DNA of 64,000 nucleotides from Pseudomonadales bacterium (GTDB lineage Bacteria; Pseudomonadota; Gammaproteobacteria; Pseudomonadales; IMCC2047): NCBI GenBank assembly GCA_041395865.1, contig JAWKZQ010000003.1, positions 69,394 to 133,393 of the forward strand, read 5' to 3'. Shown piece by piece: positions 54,700 to 64,000 of this stretch (position 1 is its first letter; each line of letters starts with the position of its first letter). The notes under the pieces were generated by a model. It saw only the letters and a program-made list of their open reading frames with translations, ran no database searches and was not told where the DNA came from. The position numbers and the translations under genes were made by a program.

Positions 54700-57366
54700 A
54701 TGGGCAAGTCTTTAGTAATTGTCGAGTCGCCAGCAAAGGCCAAAACCATTAATAAATACCTGGGTAGCGATTACATCGTTAAATCCAGTGTGGGTCATAT
54801 TCGTGACTTGCCCGTCAGTGGTTCAGCTAGCAAGAGCGACCCCAAACAGCGGGCGCAGGAGGCGGCAAAAACTCGAAAAATGTCGCCCGAACAGAAAGCC
54901 GAACATAAAAAGAAAAAGGCCAAGGCCCAGTTAATCAGCCGGATGGGCATTGACCCGGAAAACGGTTGGACCGCTAATTATGAAATCCTGCCCGGCAAAG
55001 AGAAGGTTGTTAGCGAACTGAAACGTTTGGCCAAGGATGCTGACGCCATTTACCTGGCGACGGATTTGGATAGGGAAGGGGAAGCCATTGCCTGGCACTT
55101 GCAGGAGGTTATTGGCGGCGAAAAGTCCCGGTATAAAAGGGTTACTTTCAACGAAATTACCAAGAAGGCGATACAGGAGTCCTTTCAGGAACCGGGTGAG
55201 CTGGACCTGAACCGTGTTAACGCCCAGCATGCCAGACGCTACCTGGATCGCGTGGTTGGATTTATGGTTTCTCCGTTGCTTTGGGCTAAGGTTGCCCGAG
55301 GCCTGTCTGCCGGACGCGTGCAGTCCGTCGCTGTGCGCTTGATTGTCGAGCGTGAGCGCGAAATCCGTGCCTTCAACCCCGAAGAATATTGGGATGTGCA
55401 TGCTGATTTGGCGACATCGGACGCCGGCAAGGTGCGTTTTGAAGTGGTCAAGCAGGCTGGTAACCCGTTCAAGCCAACCAGCGAAGCGCAAACAAATGCA
55501 GCGCTGGCACAGCTAAAAAAGGCTGACTTCGAAGTTGTTAATCGCCAGGATCGGCCGACATCTTCCAAACCCGGCGCTCCCTTTATCACCTCGACCCTGC
55601 AGCAGGCGGCAAGTACTCGCCTGGGGTTTGGCGTGAAGAAAACGATGATGCTCGCCCAGCGCCTCTATGAAGCCGGGTACATTACTTACATGCGTACGGA
55701 TTCGACGAATTTAAGCGCAGATGCGGTGGCCTCTTGCCGCGACTTTATTTTGTCTGAGTTTGGTAAAAAATACCTGCCGGATGCTCCTGTTTCCTACAGC
55801 TCCAAAGAAGGGGCGCAGGAGGCGCACGAAGCCATTCGTCCCTCGGACGTAAACCTAAAGTCCACCCAGTTGAAGGCAATGGAGCGGGATGCCGAGCGTC
55901 TATACGAGCTGATTTGGCGCCAGTTTGTGGCTTGTCAGATGCCCAGTGCGCAGTTCATCAGCTCTACGATTCAGGTTGATGCGAGCGATTTCGAGCTTAA
56001 GGCGAAGGGCCGTATTCTTAAGTTCGACGGGTATCTCAAAGTGATGCCTGGGCGTGACGACGATGTTGTCCTGCCCGATCTTCAGGTTAATGAAAAATTA
56101 TCCTTGGTTGAACTGCTGCCAAAACAGCATTTCACCAAACCGCCTGCGCGCTACAGTGAAGCGTCGCTGGTCAAGGAATTGGAAAAGCGTGGCATTGGCC
56201 GCCCTTCAACCTATGCTTCCATCATTTCGACAATTCAGGACCGCGGCTACGTTTCGGTGCAGAACAAGCGGTTTTATGCCGGAAAAATCGGCGATATCGT
56301 CACTGACCGTTTGAGTGAAAATTTTGCTGAATTGATGGACTACAGTTTTACCGCCTCAATGGAAAAATACCTGGATCAGGTGGCAAACGGGCAATTGAAC
56401 TGGCAGCAGTTGCTGGACAGCTTCTACGGCGAATTCATCAAGCGCCTGGATGCTGCTAACGATGATGACTACGGTATGCGGGGCAATAACCCGACAGAAA
56501 CCGATATCAAGTGCCCGGCCTGCGGGCGTAATATGCAGATTCGTACCGGCAGTACCGGGGTGTTTCTTGGCTGTTCCGGTTATGCGTTGCCACCCAAGGA
56601 GCGCTGTAAGGAGACGTTGAACCTCACGCCTGGCGATGAGGCGGTCGACGCGGACGCGGACGATGAAGCCGAGTCCAGGCTGTTGCGTAATAAGCATCGC
56701 TGCGCCAAGTGCGGTACGGCGATGGATAGTTACCTGATCGACGCTCAACGTAAACTGCATGTGTGCGGTAATAACCCGGATTGTGACGGTTTTGAAATTG
56801 AGCAGGGCAGCTTTAAGATAAAAGGTTACGACGGTCCGGTGATCGAGTGCGACAAGTGCAGCTCGGAAATGCAGCTCAAATCGGGGCGTTTTGGCAAGTA
56901 TTTCGGCTGTACCAACAGCGAATGTAAAAATACCCGCAAGCTGTTGCGTAATGGCGAAGCGGCGCCACCTAAAATGGATCCGGTGCCGATGCCTGAGCTG
57001 ACCTGTGAAACTGTGGACGACACCTATGTCTTACGCGATGGCGCAGCGGGCATGTTTCTGGCCGCCAGTAAGTTCCCGCGTAATCGCGAGACCCGAGCGC
57101 CCCTGGTTGAGGAACTGATTCCTCATCGCGAAGAAATTGACCCGAAATACCACTATCTGTTGGACGCCCCGGTAGCGGATGCCGAGGGTAACAAGGCGAT
57201 TGTTCGTTACAGCCGCAAGACGAAAGAGCAGTATGTGATGACCGAGGTGGATAAGAAGGCTACCGGTTGGCGTGCTTTTTATGACAATGGCAAGTGGGTC
57301 GAGGAGCAACCTAAAGCTAAGGCGAGCCCCAAGGCGAAGAGCAAAGCCAAGTCCAAGGCAGGCTAA
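54700..57366 (+). CDS. topA: DNA topoisomerase I
   Basis: Toprim N-terminus ([17 protein letters not shown]), the catalytic-Tyr context ITYMRTDS, C-terminal Cys4 zinc ribbons and a lysine-rich tail. Confidence 0.95.
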   Translation: MGKSLVIVESPAKAKTINKYLGSDYIVKSSVGHIRDLPVSGSASKSDPKQRAQEAAKTRKMSPEQKAEHKKKKAKAQLISRMGIDPENGWTANYEILPGKEKVVSELKRLAKDADAIYLATDLDREGEAIAWHLQEVIGGEKSRYKRVTFNEITKKAIQESFQEPGELDLNRVNAQHARRYLDRVVGFMVSPLLWAKVARGLSAGRVQSVAVRLIVEREREIRAFNPEEYWDVHADLATSDAGKVRFEVVKQAGNPFKPTSEAQTNAALAQLKKADFEVVNRQDRPTSSKPGAPFITSTLQQAASTRLGFGVKKTMMLAQRLYEAGYITYMRTDSTNLSADAVASCRDFILSEFGKKYLPDAPVSYSSKEGAQEAHEAIRPSDVNLKSTQLKAMERDAERLYELIWRQFVACQMPSAQFISSTIQVDASDFELKAKGRILKFDGYLKVMPGRDDDVVLPDLQVNEKLSLVELLPKQHFTKPPARYSEASLVKELEKRGIGRPSTYASIISTIQDRGYVSVQNKRFYAGKIGDIVTDRLSENFAELMDYSFTASMEKYLDQVANGQLNWQQLLDSFYGEFIKRLDAANDDDYGMRGNNPTETDIKCPACGRNMQIRTGSTGVFLGCSGYALPPKERCKETLNLTPGDEAVDADADDEAESRLLRNKHRCAKCGTAMDSYLIDAQRKLHVCGNNPDCDGFEIEQGSFKIKGYDGPVIECDKCSSEMQLKSGRFGKYFGCTNSECKNTRKLLRNGEAAPPKMDPVPMPELTCETVDDTYVLRDGAAGMFLAASKFPRNRETRAPLVEELIPHREEIDPKYHYLLDAPVADAEGNKAIVRYSRKTKEQYVMTEVDKKATGWRAFYDNGKWVEEQPKAKASPKAKSKAKSKAG

Positions 57367-57467
57367 ATTGCAGTAGGTTGGGCAGCAGGCGTTGATTTGT
57401 ATTGTGAAGAAAGGGTGTTAGAATAGCGCGGCTTTTAAATCCACCCTTTCGAATCCGAGTCGCGTGT

Positions 57468-57716
57468 ATGTCCAGCCCCTATTATGAAATTGTAAAACTT
57501 GCCGATGGCGAAATTGCTCTGCAGCGCGTTGATGATGAGGGCGAGCCGCTGGTGCGCATCTCTTTTTCGGATGAGGCGAAATTTTTCCTTCAAGAACAGT
57601 ACGTTGATGTCGCAAAGGCGATGATCAATACCGGTATTCGTGTTGTCGGGCAGCTTCAGGACGGCGAGGAAATTGAGTCCGAAGACGGCGAGAGCGTATC
57701 CCGCACCGTTCACTAA
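57468..57716 (+). CDS. small acidic hypothetical protein
   Basis: 82-aa ORF between topA and lexA. No family recognised. Confidence 0.45.
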   Translation: MSSPYYEIVKLADGEIALQRVDDEGEPLVRISFSDEAKFFLQEQYVDVAKAMINTGIRVVGQLQDGEEIESEDGESVSRTVH

Positions 57717-57737
57717 GCGTTTACAGAGACGCTGGCG

Positions 57738-58349
57738 TCACATCCGGTCCCGGATGACGCCAACGACCAGCCCCTCAATGGCAAAATCGCCGCTGTCAGC
57801 GGTCACGCGAATGGGCTCGTAAGCCTCATTTTCAGCAATCAGTAGAATTTCACGGTTCGTCTTCTGAAAGCGTTTTACCGTGACCTCATCGTCGATACGG
57901 GCGACGATAATCTGGCCATTTTGGGCCTGTTGGGTATTTTTGACTGCCACCAGATCCTCATCGAAAATTCCGGCGTCAATCATGCTTTCGCCGTGCACGC
58001 GGAGTAGAAAATCGGCGCTGGGGGCGAACATGTGCGGGGGAACCTCCGCATAACGCTCAATATGCTGCTCCGCTAGAATAGGGGAGCCTGCCGCAACCCG
58101 CCCAACGATGGGTAGCCCGTCTTGCGGCTCTTCCTCTTCGTTAAGCAGCCGGATGCCGCGCGACGTCCCGCTGACGATTTCAATCACGCCTTTACGTGCT
58201 AAGGCTTTAAGGTGGTCTTCAGCGGCATTGGCGGAACGAAACCCTAATTCTTTAGCGATATCTTTCCGGGTCGGAGGAAAGCCTGTTTCGCGAATGGCGT
58301 TGCGGATACAGTCCAGGACTTCCTGTTGGCGGGCGGTGAGCTTAATCAT
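57738..58349 (-). CDS. lexA: LexA repressor
   Basis: [52 protein letters not shown], the AG cleavage site (VAAGSP), Ser (GESM) and Lys (VKR) catalytic contexts. Start set at ATG 58349 just downstream of the SOS boxes. Confidence 0.95.
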   Translation of the reverse strand: MIKLTARQQEVLDCIRNAIRETGFPPTRKDIAKELGFRSANAAEDHLKALARKGVIEIVSGTSRGIRLLNEEEEPQDGLPIVGRVAAGSPILAEQHIERYAEVPPHMFAPSADFLLRVHGESMIDAGIFDEDLVAVKNTQQAQNGQIIVARIDDEVTVKRFQKTNREILLIAENEAYEPIRVTADSGDFAIEGLVVGVIRDRM

Positions 58350-58357
58350 AGTGAGGC

Positions 58358-58390
58358 CTGTTTCTTTGTACAGTCTGTGATTATATACAG
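58358..58390 (-). promoter_or_regulatory. two tandem SOS (LexA) boxes
   Basis: The minus strand reads CTGTATATAATCACAG (58375-58390) and CTGTACAAAGAAACAG (58358-58373). Both fit CTGT-N8-ACAG and lie directly upstream of lexA. Confidence 0.9.
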
Positions 58391-58529
58391 CTATCGGGCG
58401 GGTTGCGACGATAAAATCGCAGCGAAAGGGGGTTAAAAGTATTTTTTTTGTGGTGTTTGTATCTAAGCTTATGAGAGACGAACAAAAACTTTTCACCGCC
58501 AAAATATTAAGTGGGCAGGAGTGTAATAA

Positions 58530-59186
58530 ATGGATGAAAGCAAATTACCGGAAGCCTGGCGTGTTTTACGAATCCAGTCAGAGTTGGTCGATGGCACCGA
58601 AAGTCTCATCAAGGTAGGGCGTGCCGTCTCCATTTTCGGCAGTGCGCGTCTTGGCGAAGTTTCACCGTATTATGAAATGGCAACCGAGCTTGCGAACGAA
58701 ATTGCCAAGGAGGGCATTACAGTGATTACCGGTGGCGGTCCGGGTATCATGGAAGCGGCCAATAAGGGGGCTTTTAAGGCCGATGCTGTCGGTAATGGTC
58801 AGTCAATCGGGCTTAATATCAAGCTGCCCTTTGAGCAGATGGCGAACAGCTACCAGGATTTAACACTGGATTTCCGTTACTTCTTTGTTCGTAAATACAT
58901 GTTTGTTAAGCATGCCATCGCGTTTGTGATTTTTCCTGGCGGTTTTGGCACCATGGACGAGCTCTTTGAAGCGCTGACTTTGGTGCAGACGGAAAAAATT
59001 ATCAAAATCCCTATCATCTTGATGGGCAAGGATTACTGGGCGGGACTGTTGAACTGGATAGAAGATACCCTGATGATACAGGGCTGTGTTGATCAGCGTG
59101 ACAGGGACCTGATTACCCTGGCGGATTCTGTGGAAGATGCCATGGACATCATTCGTTCCTACAGCGCCCAGACAATCAATAACTAA
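58530..59186 (+). CDS. LOG-family (TIGR00730) nucleotide phosphoribohydrolase
   Basis: GGGPGIMEA and [12 protein letters not shown] motifs. Confidence 0.85.
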   Translation: MDESKLPEAWRVLRIQSELVDGTESLIKVGRAVSIFGSARLGEVSPYYEMATELANEIAKEGITVITGGGPGIMEAANKGAFKADAVGNGQSIGLNIKLPFEQMANSYQDLTLDFRYFFVRKYMFVKHAIAFVIFPGGFGTMDELFEALTLVQTEKIIKIPIILMGKDYWAGLLNWIEDTLMIQGCVDQRDRDLITLADSVEDAMDIIRSYSAQTINN

Positions 59187-59220
59187 ATATTTTTACAGTA
59201 CCAACGTCGATTGAGGGCTT

Positions 59221-59709
59221 GTGAAACAGGATACACATATTGTCGTGCAGCTTGAGCAGCAGAAGCTGGCACTGCATAAGGCGGGTAAGCCGATTGCCGT
59301 TTACCGGGTTTCCACGGCGCTTAAAGGGCCGGGCGAGCTGTCTGGTAGCGAACAAACGCCCCGTGGGCAGCATGTGATCCGAGCCAAAATCGGGGCGGGA
59401 TTACCCGAAAATGCTGTCTTGGTCGGGCGCCGTTTCACTGGTGAAGTCTATAACGAAAAGCTTGCCGAGCGCTTTCCCGGCCGAGACTGGATTCTGACCC
59501 GCATACTTTGGTTGAGTGGCTCTGAAGTGGGTTTCAACCGCCTCGGCGAGGTGGATACCATGAGGCGTTATATTTATATACATGGAACGCCGGAAAGCGA
59601 GCCGATAGGTGTGGCAAAGTCGCACGGCTGTATACGCATGCACAATGCTGATTTGATTGACCTGTTTGACCGCGTTGAAAGCGGTTGTCCTGTCCTCATC
59701 GAGGAATAA
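59221..59709 (+). CDS. L,D-transpeptidase (YkuD) catalytic-domain protein without an obvious signal peptide
   Basis: IHGTP.......SHGCIRM active-site motif. GTG start; the N-terminus is hydrophilic. Confidence 0.75.
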   Translation: MKQDTHIVVQLEQQKLALHKAGKPIAVYRVSTALKGPGELSGSEQTPRGQHVIRAKIGAGLPENAVLVGRRFTGEVYNEKLAERFPGRDWILTRILWLSGSEVGFNRLGEVDTMRRYIYIHGTPESEPIGVAKSHGCIRMHNADLIDLFDRVESGCPVLIEE

Positions 59710-59809
59710 AAACCTCGATTTGTATGAACCATTCCCCCTGTTACTGCTCGAAGGCACAGCATTTTTTTACGCAAAGCCGTAAAGTACTTGGTGAGACTCG
59801 CTGAATGAG

Positions 59810-59836
59810 AGCCCCACGGTAAGGGGCTGTTGTTAT
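59810..59836 (+). terminator. candidate intrinsic terminator
   Basis: AGCCCC-acggtaa-GGGGCT followed by GTTGTTAT, 100 nt after the YkuD gene stop. Confidence 0.35.
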
Positions 59837-60034
59837 GAGAGCAACCGCATAAAGTTGTACTACGTGCTCAGTGGTGCCAGCGGTGGCGCTTTCAGGCCAG
59901 CTTCCTGTATGGGGGCAGGGTACCGGAAAAGTTTTTGAATCGACTGATGTGTGTTGTGACAGGGTACGCAGGTAAAGTTGTTATCGCCACGTGTCTTTGG
60001 ACCCCGAAGTGTTCCCTCCTTTATCAAGAAACTC

Positions 60035-61108
60035 TGACCTGCTCCCCTATAGCCGGGCCACTCTGAACTTAGTAAAGTCCGCCATATGGGAAACGGACAT
60101 GAAGAAGATTCGACGAGAGATTATTTTGAAAGGGCAAGGCGGTGTGCCAAGCATATATCAGACGCGACTACTGGCAAAGTTTGTGGCATGGATACCAGGA
60201 TGTGCGAGCCTTAAACCAAGAAGAAAATGCGAAATAAGCGTCTGCTTGCCGAATCGATGCGATCGATGCGTGAAGGCTGCATTGAACAAAGTACTAACCT
60301 CACAGGATAAGCGTGCGGCTGGTCACGATGGAAAAACACCTATTTCCCAGCGTCGTGCCTGTCGCTGTGGTTGTCGCGCTCAGTGCTCAGTTACCATTCA
60401 GAAACAGGAGCGACCTGGCATAAAGCACGCTTGGTCGAGCGCGAATGAACGTCGTCGCTTTGGTTACGACGCCTACATGCTCTGCTAGGCGTGAAGGCGT
60501 TGAGGTCAACCATAAACGGGTATATCGGTTATACAATGAAGCCGCATTAGCTGTGCGCAAACATAAACGCCGTAAAGGTATTGCTGTGGAACGCCAACCG
60601 CTCGAGTTACCAAGCGCGCCGATCAGTCTGGTCAATGGTTTTGTAATGGATGCACTGGCGAATGGACGACGACTGAAAACTGACAGTGGTGGATGATTTC
60701 ACCAGAGTCGCTGGATATACCTGTGGCTCACAGTATCGAGAGCAGGTTGTTCGTACGTTGAGGCGATGCGGTTCGAGGTATCCAGCGGCCATCAGGACGA
60801 AGGGCCTGAGTTTAGGTAAGGCACTGGATCAGTGGGCATGAAAGAATGTGGGCTGACTAATACAAGCGGAACCGACACAGAATGCCTACATCAGCTTTAA
60901 TGGCAAATTCCGGGATGAATGCTTGGCATTGCAAGCCCTGATTATGAATGGCAGGCTACAACGGTCGACCTCACTCGGCCTTGGGTATATGACACCGGCT
61001 GAATTTGCAGCTTGTTATCGTGACCGAAATTGACAGGAAAACCAATAAACCAACAATCAATGAACTGGATTTACTAAGTAAGTAGTGGCCTAAATCGGGG
61101 GCAAGTCA
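60035..61108 (+). mobile_element. degenerate copy of the same IS3-family element (1074 bp), flanked by a 4-bp ACTC target duplication
   Basis: Both termini are identical to those of the 44602-45840 copy. ACTC occurs at 60031-60034 and 61109-61112. The orfA/orfB reading frames are destroyed by many small deletions. Confidence 0.9.
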
Positions 61109-61357
61109 ACTCCTCTTAGCTTGCTGTTGCTGCATCTGTGGGGTGAGCCGCCGTCGACTTCATGTTGCCTGCCGTGGGTTGGCATTCGAACGCCAAGCTT
61201 AACGGTATGTTCGCTACTTGATTCATCTATAGGGCTATTTTCGTAAGGTTCTGCGATGAAGTTTTTGTGGAAAATTCAGGGAAAATCGCGGGATTTATGG
61301 GTTGGTAATAACGGACCTACTCTTTAGAATAAAGCTCAGTTAATCAGGAATACGAAT

Positions 61358-62367
61358 ATGCCCATTGGCCCCCTCATGCTTGATATCGAAGGACTGCACA
61401 CAACGGCGCAGGACAGGGAATTACTGCTCATCCCCAGGTGGGTGGACTGATTTTGTTTGCACGTAATTATCAGTCACCGGAGCAACTTGCCGCGCTTATT
61501 GCGGAGGTGCGTAGCGTCAGGCCCGAGGTCATCATTGCTGTCGATCAGGAGGGTGGGCGTGTGCAACGGCTAAAGGACGGCTTTACCCGTCTTCCGGCAA
61601 TGCGCTGTTTTGGCGAGCTTTATCAAAACGAACCTGATCAGGCGCTTAACCTGGCGCGTCAGACAGGCTGGCTGATGGCCGCAGAAGTACTGGCTGAAGG
61701 AATCGACTTGAGTTTTGCGCCAGTGCTCGATATTGATTGTGCGATTAGTGAAGTCATCGGCGATCGCGCTTTTGCCGCGATTGCCGAGCAGGTTGTCGAG
61801 TTGAGCCGGGCCTTTATTGAGGGCATGCACGAAGCCGGCATGATTGCGACAGCCAAGCATTTCCCCGGCCACGGTAGCGTTCAGGCTGACTCGCATCTTG
61901 CGATTCCGGTGGATGAGCGGCCTTATGAGAATATCGAAGCACAGGATATGCTGCCGTTTCGCGAACTGGCGAAGGACATTGATGCGGTAATGCCTGCGCA
62001 TGTGATTTATTCGCAGGTGGATAGGCAGCCGGCTGGTTTTTCTCGTCATTGGTTGCAACGTATCCTGCGTCAGAAACTGGGATTTGAGGGGGTTATTTTC
62101 AGTGACGACCTCAGTATGGAAGGCGCCAGTGTGGCGGGTAGCTTCGCCGACCGTACCCTGGCGGCCCTGGCGGCGGGGTGCGATATGGTGCTGGTTTGCA
62201 ACAATCGCCCGGCGGCGCTGGAAGTGCTGGATTACCTGAGCTGTACGCCCTTTGCGCCTTCCAGCCGTCTGGGGCGTTTAGCCGGACAGAGCGCCTTTGA
62301 TCGGACCACGCTTCGTGGTTCTGAGAAGTGGCAGCAGGCTGTCGCAGCGGTGTCTTCTCTCCTGTAA
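61358..62367 (+). pseudogene. nagZ: beta-N-acetylhexosaminidase NagZ, frameshifted near codon 25 (or a sequence error)
   Basis: ATG 61358 encodes MPIGPLMLDIEGLHTTAQDRELLL, the NagZ N-terminus, and then reads IPRWVD-stop (TGA 61448-61450). The rest of NagZ (GGLILFARNY...VDQEGGRVQR...KHFPGHG...) continues in another frame from 61438. One missing base in ...ctgctc(c)atccccaggtgggtgg... would restore LLHPQVGGLILF. Confidence 0.8.
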
Positions 62368-62401
62368 AATCAATTAATTTTCAACGTCTTAAGGTGCATT
62401 T

Positions 62402-63535
62402 ATGGAAATGAACTCACTATTGACCCAGCTCGGCCTTAAGGGCGATGGGTTGCTGGTGGTCGAAGTTTTCATCGTTGTGTTTGTCACGGTGCTCGCCAAT
62501 TTTGTGGCGCTTTATTTGTTGAAGCAAATCGTCCGGCACATCGAAAAAACGCACAACTACTGGGACGACGCGTTGATTCTGGCAGCACGTAAACCCCTGA
62601 GTGTGCTGATCTGGTTGCTGGGAATCAGTTGGGCAGCCGATATCGTGGCAGCCAATACCGATGCCGTGATTTTCGATGCGATCGGCCCGGTGCGCGAGGT
62701 AAGCGTTATCCTGTTACTGGCCTGGTTCTTGGTAGGCTTTATACAGCGCACCGAAGCGGCGCTGATGGACCCGCAGAAGGTCAAGGAGCCCTTCGACGAG
62801 ACAACGGTCACAGCGATTGGCAAGCTACTGCGTGTTTCGGTGATTATTACTGCGGCACTTATTCTGATGCAGACGCTGGGTTACAGTATCAGCGGTATCC
62901 TGGCGTTTGGAGGTGTGGGCGGTATTGCCGTTGGTTTTGCAGCCAAGGACCTGCTCGCCAACTTTTTTGGCGGGCTGATGATTTACCTGGATCGACCCTT
63001 TACCGTCGGTGACTGGATTCGCTCGCCGGACCGTGAGATTGAGGGTACCGTGGAGAAAATTGGCTGGCGCCTCACCAGTATTCGTACCTTCGAAAAACGG
63101 CCTTTGTACGTTCCCAATTCCACGTTCACTAATATCACCGTGGAAAACCCGTCCCGTATGACCAACCGTCGAATCTATGAAACGATTGGCTTACGTTATG
63201 ACGATGCCGCTCAACTGAAGGGTATTGTTGGCGAGGTAAAGGACATGCTCCTTAACCATCCCGAAATTGACACGGATAAAACCCTGATCGTTAACTTCAA
63301 TGCCTTCGGGGAATCTTCATTGGATTTCTTCATCTACACCTTTACCAAAACCACCGACTGGATTCATTTTCACGAAATTAAACAGGATGTGCTGATGAAG
63401 GTGCTGGATATTATTGAGGCTCGTGGTGCTGATGTGGCTTACCCAACCTCCACGGTTCATTTGCCCGACAGGCTTCACCTTGACGCGCCAGCGGAGCTGC
63501 CCATTGAGCCGGTTCAACGTAAGAAGGAAGCCTGA
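62402..63535 (+). CDS. MscS-family mechanosensitive channel
   Basis: N-terminal TM helices, the pore-helix region GGVGGIAVGFAAKDLLANFFGG, and the beta-domain motif PFTVGDWI. Confidence 0.85.
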   Translation: MEMNSLLTQLGLKGDGLLVVEVFIVVFVTVLANFVALYLLKQIVRHIEKTHNYWDDALILAARKPLSVLIWLLGISWAADIVAANTDAVIFDAIGPVREVSVILLLAWFLVGFIQRTEAALMDPQKVKEPFDETTVTAIGKLLRVSVIITAALILMQTLGYSISGILAFGGVGGIAVGFAAKDLLANFFGGLMIYLDRPFTVGDWIRSPDREIEGTVEKIGWRLTSIRTFEKRPLYVPNSTFTNITVENPSRMTNRRIYETIGLRYDDAAQLKGIVGEVKDMLLNHPEIDTDKTLIVNFNAFGESSLDFFIYTFTKTTDWIHFHEIKQDVLMKVLDIIEARGADVAYPTSTVHLPDRLHLDAPAELPIEPVQRKKEA

Positions 63536-64000
63536 TGATTGAGCGACCACGCATCGCCATTATTGGCGGCTCAGGATTGACGCAGCTGAGCGGCATGCAG
63601 ATTTACGACAGCGAATGGCCGGGAACCCCCTACGGCGAGCCTAATGCGCCCCTGGCTCATACCCGTCTCGGTGGTGAAATGGTGATCTTCTTTGCCCGGC
63701 ATGGTGAAGGGGGAAGTTTTGCGCCGCACCTGGTGAACTACCGGGCCAATTTGTTTGCGCTCAAGCAGGCCGGGATTGAAAAGGTGATCGCGGTTAATGT
63801 GGTGGGCGGCATTACAGAGGAAATGCAGACGGGGCATCTCTGTGTCCCTGACCAGATTATTGATTATACCTATGGTCGTGAAAATACTTTTTTTGACGGC
63901 ATCAAAAAAGAGCTGAAGCATATCGATTGCGCGGAACCCTATCAGGCCGGCTTGCGCAAAGCCTTGATCGATGCGGCCGCTGCGCTCGATATTCCGCTCA
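63535..64000 (+). CDS. MTAP-family purine nucleoside phosphorylase (S-methyl-5'-thioadenosine/-thioinosine phosphorylase), truncated by the window end
   Basis: Not in the ORF track because it runs off the window. My translation from ATG 63535 gives MIERPRIAIIGGSGL...FFARHGEGGSFAPHLVNYRANLFALKQAGIEKVIAVN.VGG, the typical MTAP N-terminal half. Its start overlaps the upstream stop by 1 nt. Confidence 0.8.
   Translation, partial: MIERPRIAIIGGSGLTQLSGMQIYDSEWPGTPYGEPNAPLAHTRLGGEMVIFFARHGEGGSFAPHLVNYRANLFALKQAGIEKVIAVNVVGGITEEMQTGHLCVPDQIIDYTYGRENTFFDGIKKELKHIDCAEPYQAGLRKALIDAAAALDIPL

Noticed and set aside
59991-60792. ORFs of 165, 83, 82 and 61 aa
   Set aside because: They are chimeric frames created by the micro-deletions inside the degenerate IS copy. 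They carry fragments of OrfA/OrfB sequence and are not genes.
59710-61357. Possibility that the degenerate IS interrupted a gene or a structured RNA between the YkuD gene and nagZ
   Set aside because: Joining the flanks across the ACTC duplication gives DNA with frequent stops in all frames. I recognise no ncRNA consensus there (6S, tmRNA and RNase P were checked by eye), so it is treated as an intergenic insertion.
1-64000. CRISPR arrays, rRNA genes, prophage/integrase genes, toxin-antitoxin pairs
   Set aside because: I found no regularly spaced short direct repeats, no rRNA-like sequence, and no integrase, capsid or terminase motifs in any listed ORF. The only transposases are the two IS3-family copies.

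Overview
The window reads as a chromosomal segment of a gammaproteobacterium. The right-hand end has Pseudomonas-like synteny (topA, lexA, nagZ, MTAP-family phosphorylase). No database or HMM search was possible, so every family call rests on motifs I recognised in the translated ORFs and in the DNA.

Layout:
- 1-17.5 kb: one co-directional minus-strand gene train. It starts with a cobalamin-riboswitch-controlled btuB-btuF-btuC-X-btuD uptake operon with an unassigned gene (X) embedded. A 12-gene tightly packed array follows: thermostable-hemolysin-family acyltransferase-like protein, adenylating enzyme, SAM methyltransferase, InaA-type LPS kinase, heme-oxygenase-like diiron protein, SDR, TPR protein, PmrA/QseB-like response regulator, sensor kinase, ligand-less cupredoxin, FTR1 permease and an OM barrel.
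- 17.6-24.9 kb: envelope-remodelling cluster (dgkA, cptA-like, eptA, a lone lptF, LTA-synthase-family transferase).
- 25-32 kb: TonB-dependent receptor, pqiABC and an LssY-like lipoprotein.
- 32.7-39.2 kb: hrpB, whose 3' terminus is present three times and brackets two single-gene islets.
- 39-49 kb: mixed accessory and housekeeping genes with an intact IS3-family element.
- 49.2-49.5 kb: tRNA-Gly/Cys/Leu cluster.
- 49.6-64 kb: housekeeping genes, including a heavily decayed second copy of the same IS and a frameshifted nagZ.

Most interesting observations:
1. The triplicated hrpB 3' end, which looks like a serial insertion hotspot but has no integrase.
2. PmrA/BasR-type YTTAAK-N5-YTTAAK direct repeats at three promoters. 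They link the local two-component system to the lipid A/LPS modification genes and to an uncharacterised biosynthetic-looking module.
3. That module itself (diiron HDO-like protein, adenylase, GNAT-like protein, SDR, methyltransferase, LPS kinase).
4. The unknown gene translationally coupled inside the B12 uptake operon.

I saw no CRISPR array, rRNA or prophage structural genes.
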